From: Candidatus Heimdallarchaeota archaeon
GTDB lineage: Archaea; Asgardarchaeota; Heimdallarchaeia; Heimdallarchaeales; Heimdallarchaeaceae
Reading direction: 5' to 3'
Assembly: GCA_030668825.1 (NCBI GenBank)
Contig: DAOVET010000026.1
Span: forward strand, 1 to 31,763
DNA: 31,763 nucleotides
Below, piece by piece: positions 17,964-27,331 of this stretch. Below the pieces are notes generated by a model, which was given only the letters and a program-made list of their open reading frames with translations, ran no database searches and was not told the origin of the DNA. The first letter of the stretch is position 1, and the number at the start of each line of letters is the position of its first letter. The position numbers were made by a program, and so were the translations under genes.

Positions 17964-19016
17964 TTGAAAACAATTCACAAAATAATGATTGCCGGACTAA
18001 TAACAATGTTCGTGTTTTCATCAGTTTCTTCGGTTGTTGCTGTTTCAGAAGAAAAAGCAAAGATAGATAATAGAGAAGGTTCTGTCTTTATTGAGACTCC
18101 TTATGTTACAGTAAAGCTACATGAAGGAAAACCTGACTTCTTCATATGGAAAACAAATGCAACAGATAATAAGAAATTAGCAAAGTTTCATATAAGTTTC
18201 ACTCATCTTGCTGAATTATTTGGTGATGATCTTATTGTTGATGACAGAGGAGAACTCTCTGGTGGCAAGATCTATAATCTGGCTTCCAATGCTCTAACAT
18301 GGGATTTAGTTACTGAAAATTTCACAAATGAGATTAGAGGAACACAGACATCTTCTGTTTTAGATAATGGAGCAACAATAACTTTTGTTTATCATGTATA
18401 TCTAAAAGATGTTGTGGTCACACAAGACCTAAATGGTACAATTGTGTCTTTCACAACCAAAGGACTTGAAGAAATTAAGTTTGATATCATAATAAATAAT
18501 TGGGATTTTACTCCAGGTGCAGCTGGTTTAGTTTTTAATCTTAAAGTTCACGAAATAAAATATAGACACAGAATTAAGGTTGGAGAAAAAGTGAATCAGC
18601 CTGAATATGGTATCCATTTAAATGAATCAGAAGAGTTCAATCCAATTAGAAATCAAACACATGAAGAACATGGAATTGCATTTACTGATAATAATGATAG
18701 AATACAAGCTTATTTTGCTTGGACTCCTGAAGCTGATGTTTTTGATGAAAATGGGACATATGTTAATACAGTTCCAGTAACTACATCAGCAACAAGCTTT
18801 GGTCAAGATCCTACATTTGGTAATGGAAAATCTTATGGTAAGGAATACATTAACCTAAATTTGGTTTATCCAAATTATGGTGATGGACTTAAACTTGTTC
18901 ATGATCCAATTATTGGTATGCCTGAAACAAGTGGTGTTAGTTTTGGAGCAATTGCCTTAATAGCAATTCCAACTATAGCTGTTACAGCATTAATTATTCG
19001 TAGAAAGAAGGCATAA
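17964..19016 (+). CDS. secreted cell-surface protein with C-terminal TM anchor, function unknown
   Basis: Signal peptide MKTIHKIMIAGLITMFVFSSVSSVVA, beta-rich body with sequons (NAT, NFT, NGT, NES, NQT), motifs IKFDIIINNWDF and YPNY...LVHDPIIG, then a TM and RRKKA. Confidence 0.8.
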   Translation: MKTIHKIMIAGLITMFVFSSVSSVVAVSEEKAKIDNREGSVFIETPYVTVKLHEGKPDFFIWKTNATDNKKLAKFHISFTHLAELFGDDLIVDDRGELSGGKIYNLASNALTWDLVTENFTNEIRGTQTSSVLDNGATITFVYHVYLKDVVVTQDLNGTIVSFTTKGLEEIKFDIIINNWDFTPGAAGLVFNLKVHEIKYRHRIKVGEKVNQPEYGIHLNESEEFNPIRNQTHEEHGIAFTDNNDRIQAYFAWTPEADVFDENGTYVNTVPVTTSATSFGQDPTFGNGKSYGKEYINLNLVYPNYGDGLKLVHDPIIGMPETSGVSFGAIALIAIPTIAVTALIIRRKKA

Positions 19017-19026
19017 GTCTTCTAAC

Positions 19027-19040
19027 TCTCTTTTTTTTTT
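19027..19040 (+). terminator. oligo-T terminator
   Basis: T10 run at 19031-19040, 14 nt after the stop. Confidence 0.6.
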
Positions 19041-19260
19041 CGTAAAACTAATTTTTTAGAAATTCATTATGTTGTTTCACTATGAATTAAGTGAGTATAC
19101 TTATAGTGTTGATTCATATTCCTTGAGTACTAATACACTTGATTGATTCTTTTCTTGTTTCTCAGTCTCTAAGTTGTTGCAATCTTGTTGCAGAAAAAAA
19201 AGGTGAGATATCTTTTCAGTTTCAAATTTATTGTTTTGTTTACTGAAGTCATGAAAGACT

Positions 19261-19362
19261 CAGGGGAATTTTTGGGATGAATGGGTTGCAGGAATATATT
19301 CTATCGATGGAACATCAAATGCTTATGATTTATTCCCACTATCTTCGAATCCTCTAAGCTGA
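19261..19362 (+). pseudogene. remnant of the C-terminus of a NosD/parallel beta-helix surface protein
   Basis: Manual translation gives QGNFWDEWVAGIYSIDGTSNAYDLFPLSSNPLS*, matching the GN(Y/F)W..W...Y.IDG....D.(Y/F)PL cap motif. In-frame TGA at 19252-19254 and no start codon. Confidence 0.6.
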
Positions 19363-19460
19363 TTTTCCATTTTTATGTTTTTTAGTATAAACTATTTAAA
19401 TAACCTCGTTTTTTACTGTTTGAACTCGTTAAAGCTAATAATTTCAGTAGCTGATTCATT

Positions 19461-20588
19461 ATGGGTAAAGATAAAACTTGGTTAGTAGTAAAAGAAGAAC
19501 CACTTGCAGGATATTCTCTTCCTAATATTGTAAAAGTACTTTGGGATAACAAATTTGAAGTCGATCTTAAATATTTTCACCGCTTTTTGTATGCAATAGG
19601 ATTGAGCGTGATAACAAGCCCTCTAAAAGTGATTCAGAAATTACGATTTCATAGAAAAATCAAAAAAACTGAAATCAAGGAAGATCCAATTTTCATCATA
19701 GGTCATTATAGAACAGGAACTACCTATCTCATGACTTTAATGGCTTATGATAAATCAAAAGGTTATGTTTCAAATACAGAAGCTTATGCAACCTTGATGT
19801 ACTTAGGTTTTCCTAAATTGACTAAGTGGATTATTGAAGCTTCTTTACCTGATGTTAGACCAATGGATAATGTAATTATGGGAGCTGAGGAACCAACAGA
19901 GGAGGAATATTGTTTAGGAACATTTTCTAAATATGGTTACTACACTGGTTTTATTTTTCCAAAAAACTTTGATCTTTACACAAAATATCTGACATTTGAG
20001 GGAATGCCAAGACATCGAAAAAGGTGGAAGAAGCAGTTCTATTATTTAGTACAGATGCTAACATTAGGTCATAAAGGTAAACAGCTTTTCTTGAAGAATC
20101 CAGTCAATAGCTATCGGATAAAAGGTATACTAGAGATGTTTCCAAAAGCTAAATTTATTCATACATATAGAGATCCTTACAAGGTATATTCTAGTACTGT
20201 CAAGTTTTTTGATGAGGTTTTTGGAATTTATACACTTCAAAAGTGGGATGAAGAAAAAATGAAACAGGACATACTAGATAATTATAAACTTCTATATGAA
20301 TATCAAGACAAAGATTTACATCTAATTCCTGAAGATAGAATTTTCCACATGAAATACGAGGAGTTCATAAAAAATCCATCTGAAAAAATGGCAGAAATGT
20401 ACAAACATTTGAAAATTGATGGATGGGATGAATATAAGGATGATATAATTGCCTACGCTGAATCTCAAAGACGAGATTATGTTCCTAATGTTCATAAAAC
20501 TGATGATGAAGTCATAAGAAGAGTTAATGGAAACTGGAATGAATATAGAAAAAAATATGGGTATGAAAAGCTTCTCCCCAGTAACTAA
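19461..20588 (+). CDS. PAPS-dependent sulfotransferase (Sulfotransfer_3, mycobacterial Stf-like)
   Basis: 5'-PSB loop PIFIIGHYRTGTTYL, RPMDNV, EPTEEE, LFLKNP, 3'-PB motif FIHTYRDPYKVYSS, KYEEF..NP. Confidence 0.9.
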   Translation: MGKDKTWLVVKEEPLAGYSLPNIVKVLWDNKFEVDLKYFHRFLYAIGLSVITSPLKVIQKLRFHRKIKKTEIKEDPIFIIGHYRTGTTYLMTLMAYDKSKGYVSNTEAYATLMYLGFPKLTKWIIEASLPDVRPMDNVIMGAEEPTEEEYCLGTFSKYGYYTGFIFPKNFDLYTKYLTFEGMPRHRKRWKKQFYYLVQMLTLGHKGKQLFLKNPVNSYRIKGILEMFPKAKFIHTYRDPYKVYSSTVKFFDEVFGIYTLQKWDEEKMKQDILDNYKLLYEYQDKDLHLIPEDRIFHMKYEEFIKNPSEKMAEMYKHLKIDGWDEYKDDIIAYAESQRRDYVPNVHKTDDEVIRRVNGNWNEYRKKYGYEKLLPSN

Positions 20589-20662
20589 GTTCTACCCTAT
20601 GTTCATAACATTTTTTAATTTTTCAATTTGAAGAAAAAATTTCAGATATAAGTAAACAAGTT

Positions 20663-21580
20663 TTACACATTATCTGAAATGAATTGAGTTATTCTGTCAA
20701 AATAGTCTGGTTCTAGATAAGCTTCTACGTGTCCTCTTCCATCAACACGCCAGAGTAGTTTAACTGTTGTTCCAGGAAGTTCATTATATATTATTGTAGA
20801 ATCTTCAGGATTTATGTCTAAATCTGAATTTCCATGTATTATGTATGTTGGAACAGTTATATTGTAAGCTTCATTTGCTGGAGATATATCTGCAAATGTG
20901 TAGCCATAATGCCTTTCTAGAAGAGCTATTGTGATTTGACCAAAGATGACCCATGGAAAACCAGATCTCCTGGGATATGCTTGCTTAATCATTAAATCTC
21001 CATAAGCCCAGCTTGAATCAGCAATTATAGCAGCAACATCATTGTATTGTGCTGTATAGAACAATATAGTTGCAGCTCCCTGGCTTTCTGCAAATAGTAC
21101 TACAGCTGAAGCGTTAACTTCTGGTTGAGCTTTGACATAATCAACAGCTGCTCTCACATCTTTCACTTCATCTATACCCCAGGTTAAACCCAGCTCTGTA
21201 TCTGGAGATTCACCTCTATTGCGAGAATCAAAAAAGAATAGTCTATAACCCTGATCATATAATCCCTGCCCGTAATGCTCTAGCATCCAATCTTTTGCAT
21301 GAGTGGCCCCATGTAAAACTATCATGGTTGTGTTTGCATTAGGATTAGTTGTATTAATTGGATCTACAAACCATCCTTTTAGATCTAAACTATCACTTGT
21401 GCTGAAAGTTATGTTCTCATAACTCATTCCCAATTCTTGTGGATACATTTTCATCTCCTCTTTATCAGGGTGAAGCATTGAACTCTTTCCAACAAAGGGG
21501 ATTACAATAAAGCAAACTACTGCTCCACTGACAATTAGGAAAGTGAAGACACTAACCAAAATTATGTTTCTTTTTCGCAT
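20663..21580 (-). CDS. membrane-anchored alpha/beta hydrolase (YqkD/ABHD13-like)
   Basis: N-terminal TM, LKGWF, VLHG, FDSRNRGES, nucleophile AESQGA, IIHGNSD, GRGHVE. Confidence 0.87.
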   Translation of the reverse strand: MRKRNIILVSVFTFLIVSGAVVCFIVIPFVGKSSMLHPDKEEMKMYPQELGMSYENITFSTSDSLDLKGWFVDPINTTNPNANTTMIVLHGATHAKDWMLEHYGQGLYDQGYRLFFFDSRNRGESPDTELGLTWGIDEVKDVRAAVDYVKAQPEVNASAVVLFAESQGAATILFYTAQYNDVAAIIADSSWAYGDLMIKQAYPRRSGFPWVIFGQITIALLERHYGYTFADISPANEAYNITVPTYIIHGNSDLDINPEDSTIIYNELPGTTVKLLWRVDGRGHVEAYLEPDYFDRITQFISDNV

Positions 21581-21751
21581 ATAAGTGAATTAAATCACTC
21601 ATTTTTAAACTTAACAGACATTAGGAATAAATGTATATCTTTCAACCTTAATTGTTTCATTTTATTGCGGTTTAGTCACATTTTAATATAGACCAGTTTT
21701 TTTAATATCTGAACTAGTTGTAATATCTGTAAGAAAAAAGGAGAAAAAGAA

Positions 21752-22798
21752 ATGAAAAGAAAACTTATCCCTCTCTCAATTTTTTGTTTAATTTTTATAT
21801 CATCATTATCTATGAATACCCAAAGTAATCTCTTAAATGGTTCAGCAGAAACTGCATATGATCCTTGGCATTTCATCGCTTTGGGTGATACCAGAAATTG
21901 GGAAGATAATACTACTAATGTTATTAGAAAGGCAATTTATGAGGATGTTATGATTAGTAATCCCAATCTAGAGTTCATACTTCATACAGGAGATATGGTT
22001 AATTCTGGTGGAGAACAAGATGATTGGGATAGATATTATGAAGATATAGATTTACTTGTTCAAAATAATGTTACGTTTAAATATGCTGTTGGAAATCACG
22101 AAATATATACCTACAAATTACCAGATGGCTCTTGGGGTCCTAAAGAGCTAAATTTCTCAACTTATATGAGTAATGTAGAAATGCCTGGAAATGAGAGATT
22201 TTATAGTTTTGACAATAAAGGAATACACTTCATAATTATTAATACAGAAGAATTCTATACATATGAATTTGAAATTACAACAGAACAAGAAGAATGGATA
22301 ATTGATGACTTACAAAGCAATACAATGAATTTTACAATTGCAATGATACATCGTCCCATGTATTCTATTAAAAGTGCATCTAGGGTTACTCATGCTGGGA
22401 ATATCAGAGCTGTTCTTGAACCAATATTTATAGAGTACGGAGTTGATTTAGTTTTTTCAGGTCATGATCATAACTATTACAACACAATAAGAAAAGGAAT
22501 TCAACATATAGGAACATCTGGAGGAGGAGCTCCTCTATATGTTCCTCTAGCTACAGATCAAGCTATAGATGGTGATGTTTACATTTCAGAATATCATTAT
22601 TGTAATATTTCAGTAACTGAAGATACTCTAACAATTGAGGCCCTTGTCTATGATGCTAATCTGGAAACCACAACTATTGAAGATACAGTAATGATGTATC
22701 TGATAAAACCACCAACAACTGAAACTTCTTTCTATTTTGGTTTAATAATTCTCTTAATTTGGGTTATTCCTCTTATTAGAAGAAAGAATAATCACTAA
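21752..22798 (+). CDS. secreted metallophosphoesterase (purple acid phosphatase-like) with C-terminal TM anchor
   Basis: Signal peptide; GDTR, HTGDMV, VGNHE, HRPMY, FSGHDHNY, SGGGGAPLY; C-terminal TM and RRK. Confidence 0.9.
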   Translation: MKRKLIPLSIFCLIFISSLSMNTQSNLLNGSAETAYDPWHFIALGDTRNWEDNTTNVIRKAIYEDVMISNPNLEFILHTGDMVNSGGEQDDWDRYYEDIDLLVQNNVTFKYAVGNHEIYTYKLPDGSWGPKELNFSTYMSNVEMPGNERFYSFDNKGIHFIIINTEEFYTYEFEITTEQEEWIIDDLQSNTMNFTIAMIHRPMYSIKSASRVTHAGNIRAVLEPIFIEYGVDLVFSGHDHNYYNTIRKGIQHIGTSGGGAPLYVPLATDQAIDGDVYISEYHYCNISVTEDTLTIEALVYDANLETTTIEDTVMMYLIKPPTTETSFYFGLIILLIWVIPLIRRKNNH

Positions 22799-23042
22799 TT
22801 TTTCTCTCTTAATTCCTGATTCTTTGGTGATACAGCTGGAAATATTGATGTATAGACTCGAAATTCATCGCTTGTGAATGTTTTTTAAATATTTCCATGA
22901 AACCATAAGAATAGTCTTCTTAATTACTGCTAAATTCTCGGTGAAATTAAGGGTAATTCCCATTTTATGTAATTGGTCGTAGACAAGTTTTATAAGATAT
23001 ATATTATTTCATGGGATATATCTCAACTATTCAATCTATAGG

Positions 23043-26000
23043 GTGTTTAGCATTAGTAAGTATGTGGGTGTAAATATTGGTTCTGTATCAGTTAATGTAG
23101 TTTCTGTAGACGAGAATATGAATGTTCAAACATACAAACAACCACATTTAGGAAAACCCAAAGAAGTTCTTGATCAAATAATTGAGAAGAACATTAATGG
23201 GAAAGACTGCTACTACAATGTTAGTGGTTCTTTTGGGGAAATTTCTGAAATAGTAGTTGTTGAAAGAGCAATAAACTCGTATGATGAGAAATTTGATGTT
23301 GTTGTATCTCTTGGAGGGGAAGCGTTTGTTCTGTATGTTCTGAGTAAGGAAGGCCATATTCTTAATGTTCTTTCTCATGACAAATGTGCTGCTGGGAGCG
23401 GGGAATTTTTTGTTCAACAAATTGACCGTTTAGATGTTACTCTTCCAGAAGCTATTGAGTTAGCAAAGAAAGGAAAGAAAATGGAATTAGCATCAAGATG
23501 TTCTGTTCACTGCAAATCAGATGTAACTCACAAATTAAATCGAGGTGAAGCTTCATTAGAAGACATCCTGACATCAGTTCTAGCAAGTATGGCTAATAAA
23601 GTAATGGGGTTGATAATTCAATCAAGAGTTGATGTTAAAAGATTGTTGCTAGTGGGAGGAGTTTCTCTTAATGATGCATTTGTACAAATCTTAAGAGAGC
23701 AAATTGCAGATGTAGATGTAGTTGTCAAACCAGAAAGTTCTGTTTTTGAAGCCTATGGAACTGCGCTATTAATAAAAGAGAATCCAGAGTATACCGAAAT
23801 AAATCTTAAAACAAGTAGAAGTTTTACTTCTTTCCCCTCACTTAAAGATTTTAGTAGTCAAGTTACTATTATTGACCCAGTTGATAACAAAACTGATTTT
23901 GATAAAAACTCAACTTATCTCCTAGGTGTTGATGTTGGATCAACAACCACAAAAGCTGTTCTCATCGATCCTGAAGATAAATCCGTTTTGGCTTCATATT
24001 ATGGTAGAACAAGCGGTAACCCAATTCAAGCTTCAAGGAAATGTATTGAAGAACTTATGTCTCAAGTAGGAAATCTTAAAGTGAATTTAGTTGGGGTTAC
24101 TGGTTCTGGAAGACAACTAGTTGGAGCTTATCTAGGTACATCAGCTGTATTTAACGAGATTTCAGCTCATTCTGAGGGAGCAGTATATTATGATTCAGAA
24201 GTTGATACAATTTTCGAAATTGGAGGACAAGATTCAAAATATATGTATCTGCAAAATGGTGTACCTGTAGATTATGCAATGAATGCATCTTGTTCAGCAG
24301 GAACGGGTTCCTTTCTAGAAGAGAGTTCTAAAGGCGATATGGGTGTTCATGTATTTGATATTTCAGATATTGCTATGAAAGCAGAAGATCCCGTCAGATT
24401 CAAAGCTGATTGTGCTGCTTTCATTAATACTGATGTTAGAACAGCTATGCAAGAAGGGTATGGAAGTGAAAATATCGTAGGTGGTTTGGTTTATTCAATT
24501 GCTGAAAACTACCTCAATAAAGTTAAAGGTTCTAGACAGGTTGGCAAGAAGATTTTCTTCCAAGGAGGAGTTGCTAAGAATAATTCTGTAGGGTATGCCT
24601 TTGCTCAAACAACTGGAAAACAGATTATTATCCCACCCAGCCCCGAACTGATTGGTGCTTTTGGAATAGCACTTATCGCACAATCAAAATATGAAAAACA
24701 TGAAATTGATGGAATGCCTAAAAAAACAAATCTTGAATCCTTAATCAAGGAAGAATTAAAGCATTTAGGGAGTTTCACTTGCAAAGCTTGTAAGAATTAT
24801 TGCCAAATTGAACGTTATGAAGTTGGAGGAAGGAAGTTTCCTTTTGGTGGAAGATGCAGCCGTTATGAACACCAATGGAGAGGTTCAGATAAGATTGATG
24901 AAAAAGAAAACTTAGTAGATTTAAGAAATGAGTTGATGTTTGCTAACAACATCCAAAAGAAATCTAAGAGAGCGAGTTCTAAAGGAACAATTGGTATTCC
25001 TAGGGCTCTACTTACCCACACTCTTTATCCACTGTTCTCTATCTTTTTTGAGGAATTGGGTTATGAAGTAATTCTCTCAGAAATAGATGAAGATAAGGAA
25101 CTTCAAACCAATGCTCCCTTTTGTTTTCCTATTCAAATTTTACATGGAGCTGTTTTAGATTTAATTAAGAAAGAAGTAGATCTGATATTTGTTCCACACA
25201 TGCATGGTATGCCCACTGAAGGAAAATGGATGGACTCAACCTTTTGTCCTATTACTCAAGGAAGTCCATATTTCATCAGACAAGCATTCAAAGATGCAAA
25301 ATTCTTGAATCCTGTGCTAAGTTTTGCTAAAGGGTATGAATCAGACAAATCCTTTGTGAAAATGGCTGTAAAAGAGTTGAAACAACCTAAGAATCTTGCT
25401 GAAAAGGCATTTCAAAAGGCAGTCTCAAAACAGAAAGCTGTTGAACAACAATTTTTAGATTGGGGTAAAGAACGTCTAGAGAAACTAAAAGAAAGTAACG
25501 AAATAGGTATTTTACTTCTAGGTAGAAGCTATAATGCATTCCCACCAGAAACATCCCAGCTTATACCAAAGAAACTCTCAAGTATGGGAGTAACAGTCAT
25601 CCCATTTGATTTTCTAGAGAAGAAGTATGTTGATGATATTCCATGGTATTTCTCTAACTATGTCAAAATGGCTATTGACATGGCTGCGAAAAATGATAAT
25701 CTATTTCTATTATACATAAACAGTTTCAGCTGTACAATAGATGCTTTTATTCAGAATTATGTACGAAGTGAAATGAAAAACAAACCTTACTTATTTCTAG
25801 AACTTGATGCTCACACGGCAGATGCAGGAACACAAACAAGATTAGAAGCTTATCTAGAAATTATTAACAATTTCCAAGCAAGTAAGAAAGTAAAGGAAGA
25901 CAAACCATTCAAAGTAACTCAGGTGAAACTCAGAGGAGGAAAAGTTGTTGTTCTTACTTCAGATGACAAAAAACTAGGAATTAAAGATCCCAGAGTTAAA

Positions 26001-27224
26001 CTCTATTTCCCAAGTTTTTCAAAAATCCATACTGATTCATTTGAACTTTTGTTCAAGCTCTTAGGGTATAATGTTGGAGAAACGACTGAAATTAATATCG
26101 ATTATCCTGTTAGAGGATTAAGACATTGTTCAGGAAAAGAATGTCTACCACTACCTATTATCTTAGGTCAAATTATGCATTTGATTGAAAACAGAAAACC
26201 TGGTGAAGTATTAGGTTTGTACATGTTTAGAGGAGGAAGTCCTTGTGCTGTATATAGCTATTTCCATTTTATAGAACAGTTTATTAAAGATAACAAATTG
26301 GAAAATTTCTTTATTTACCGTTTTGATCAACTCACAGATTTCTTAGGAACTAGCAGATTAACAGTTGCTAAGTATGCTACCAAATCTATTCTCATTGGGG
26401 ATTTAATGTCTGAAATTGAGAATGCTTTACAAGTTGTCGGGGATAATGACAGTTTGGAACTCTTGCACAAATATTATTCTGAATTTCTGAATAGCACAAC
26501 CACATTGAAGGAATATATTCAAAATATCGATAAACTAATAGATAATATAGCGACCATTCCGAGAAAAAGCTCACCAATGGACCTTCCTAAAGTTCTGGTA
26601 AGTGGGGATTTCTTTGTCCGTTTCAGTCCATTCTTCTTGAAGGAGTTAAAAGCAATTTATGCTGAACATAATATTTTAGTCAAATCTACAGATGTTTATG
26701 AGCTCATTTTATATACCAATCATAGTTTGCGTCACATCATAGCTCAACTCTGGCAGATGGATCCTTTTGCAAGAACAACCTCATTGCGAGCATATACAAC
26801 TTTGTGGACAAGATATTCTCGCATATATGTCATAAGTAAAATTGCTCCTATAGTCATGCAAGGAGTAGAAAAGAAGATGAGAAAGAAGTTTGAAAAAACT
26901 GGATTACTGTTTGCTGAGCGAAACAATCTGAAGGAAATATTCACTCAGTCAAAGGATCTAATAAGTCCTTTAATTTTTGGTGAAGCTATCCCTACAATCG
27001 GCAAGGGAATGGAAACTCTAGAAAATTCACACTTTGATTCTTTGGTTTTAACAGGTCCTATGCAATGTCTACCTTATAAAATCGCTCAAGCTGTTCTGAA
27101 ACCAATTTACATGGAAAACAATACTCCTTTCTTGGTTTTCGATGTAGATATCTCAGCAATAACTCCAAACATGAAAAGGTTGATTCATGCAAATATTGAA
27201 CAGATAAAAAGAAGAAGAAATTAA
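23043..27224 (+). CDS. multidomain 2-hydroxyacyl-CoA dehydratase activase-related protein (two BadF/BadG/BcrA/BcrD ATPase domains plus DUF2229-type domains)
   Basis: DKCAAGSGEF/SRCSVHCKSD in domain 1; GVDVGSTTTK, FEIGGQDSK, MNASCSAGTGSFLEE, CAAF, FQGGVA in domain 2; FTCKACKNYC...GGRC; IGIPRAL, CFPIQ..HG, FSCTID, ELDAH..DAG..TRLEA, SGKECLP. GTG start. Confidence 0.9.
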   Translation: MFSISKYVGVNIGSVSVNVVSVDENMNVQTYKQPHLGKPKEVLDQIIEKNINGKDCYYNVSGSFGEISEIVVVERAINSYDEKFDVVVSLGGEAFVLYVLSKEGHILNVLSHDKCAAGSGEFFVQQIDRLDVTLPEAIELAKKGKKMELASRCSVHCKSDVTHKLNRGEASLEDILTSVLASMANKVMGLIIQSRVDVKRLLLVGGVSLNDAFVQILREQIADVDVVVKPESSVFEAYGTALLIKENPEYTEINLKTSRSFTSFPSLKDFSSQVTIIDPVDNKTDFDKNSTYLLGVDVGSTTTKAVLIDPEDKSVLASYYGRTSGNPIQASRKCIEELMSQVGNLKVNLVGVTGSGRQLVGAYLGTSAVFNEISAHSEGAVYYDSEVDTIFEIGGQDSKYMYLQNGVPVDYAMNASCSAGTGSFLEESSKGDMGVHVFDISDIAMKAEDPVRFKADCAAFINTDVRTAMQEGYGSENIVGGLVYSIAENYLNKVKGSRQVGKKIFFQGGVAKNNSVGYAFAQTTGKQIIIPPSPELIGAFGIALIAQSKYEKHEIDGMPKKTNLESLIKEELKHLGSFTCKACKNYCQIERYEVGGRKFPFGGRCSRYEHQWRGSDKIDEKENLVDLRNELMFANNIQKKSKRASSKGTIGIPRALLTHTLYPLFSIFFEELGYEVILSEIDEDKELQTNAPFCFPIQILHGAVLDLIKKEVDLIFVPHMHGMPTEGKWMDSTFCPITQGSPYFIRQAFKDAKFLNPVLSFAKGYESDKSFVKMAVKELKQPKNLAEKAFQKAVSKQKAVEQQFLDWGKERLEKLKESNEIGILLLGRSYNAFPPETSQLIPKKLSSMGVTVIPFDFLEKKYVDDIPWYFSNYVKMAIDMAAKNDNLFLLYINSFSCTIDAFIQNYVRSEMKNKPYLFLELDAHTADAGTQTRLEAYLEIINNFQASKKVKEDKPFKVTQVKLRGGKVVVLTSDDKKLGIKDPRVKLYFPSFSKIHTDSFELLFKLLGYNVGETTEINIDYPVRGLRHCSGKECLPLPIILGQIMHLIENRKPGEVLGLYMFRGGSPCAVYSYFHFIEQFIKDNKLENFFIYRFDQLTDFLGTSRLTVAKYATKSILIGDLMSEIENALQVVGDNDSLELLHKYYSEFLNSTTTLKEYIQNIDKLIDNIATIPRKSSPMDLPKVLVSGDFFVRFSPFFLKELKAIYAEHNILVKSTDVYELILYTNHSLRHIIAQLWQMDPFARTTSLRAYTTLWTRYSRIYVISKIAPIVMQGVEKKMRKKFEKTGLLFAERNNLKEIFTQSKDLISPLIFGEAIPTIGKGMETLENSHFDSLVLTGPMQCLPYKIAQAVLKPIYMENNTPFLVFDVDISAITPNMKRLIHANIEQIKRRRN

Positions 27225-27331
27225 TAGTAGAACATCTAATTCTCCCATCTCCTTTGTTTTTGGAAGAAGTAAATGCTTCTAAGTTCACTCTTTTTTCCAA
27301 ACCATGTTCTAATTATAATTTTTCCTTTCTT

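Noticed and set aside
1-20588. DASS, MMPL and sulfotransferase as a sulfolipid synthesis/export system
   Set aside because: The genes are more than 15 kb apart, separated by unrelated loci and in different orientations. DASS substrate specificity is unknown.
22799-23042. Possible small ORFs or ncRNA in the intergenic gap
   Set aside because: Only short frames without motifs, and no convincing stable structure.
381-27300. Short ORF-track entries overlapping long genes (381-773, 1179-1439, 3054-3269, 4998-5180, 5399-5581, 7288-7473, 10100-10477, 12765-12959, 14077-14307, 14483-14671, 14912-15106, 15808-16032, 16106-16330, 21676-21876, 23148-23420, 24495-24683, 26392-26577, 26744-26944, 27058-27300)
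   Set aside because: Antisense or alternate-frame shadows of well-supported genes, with no recognisable motifs.
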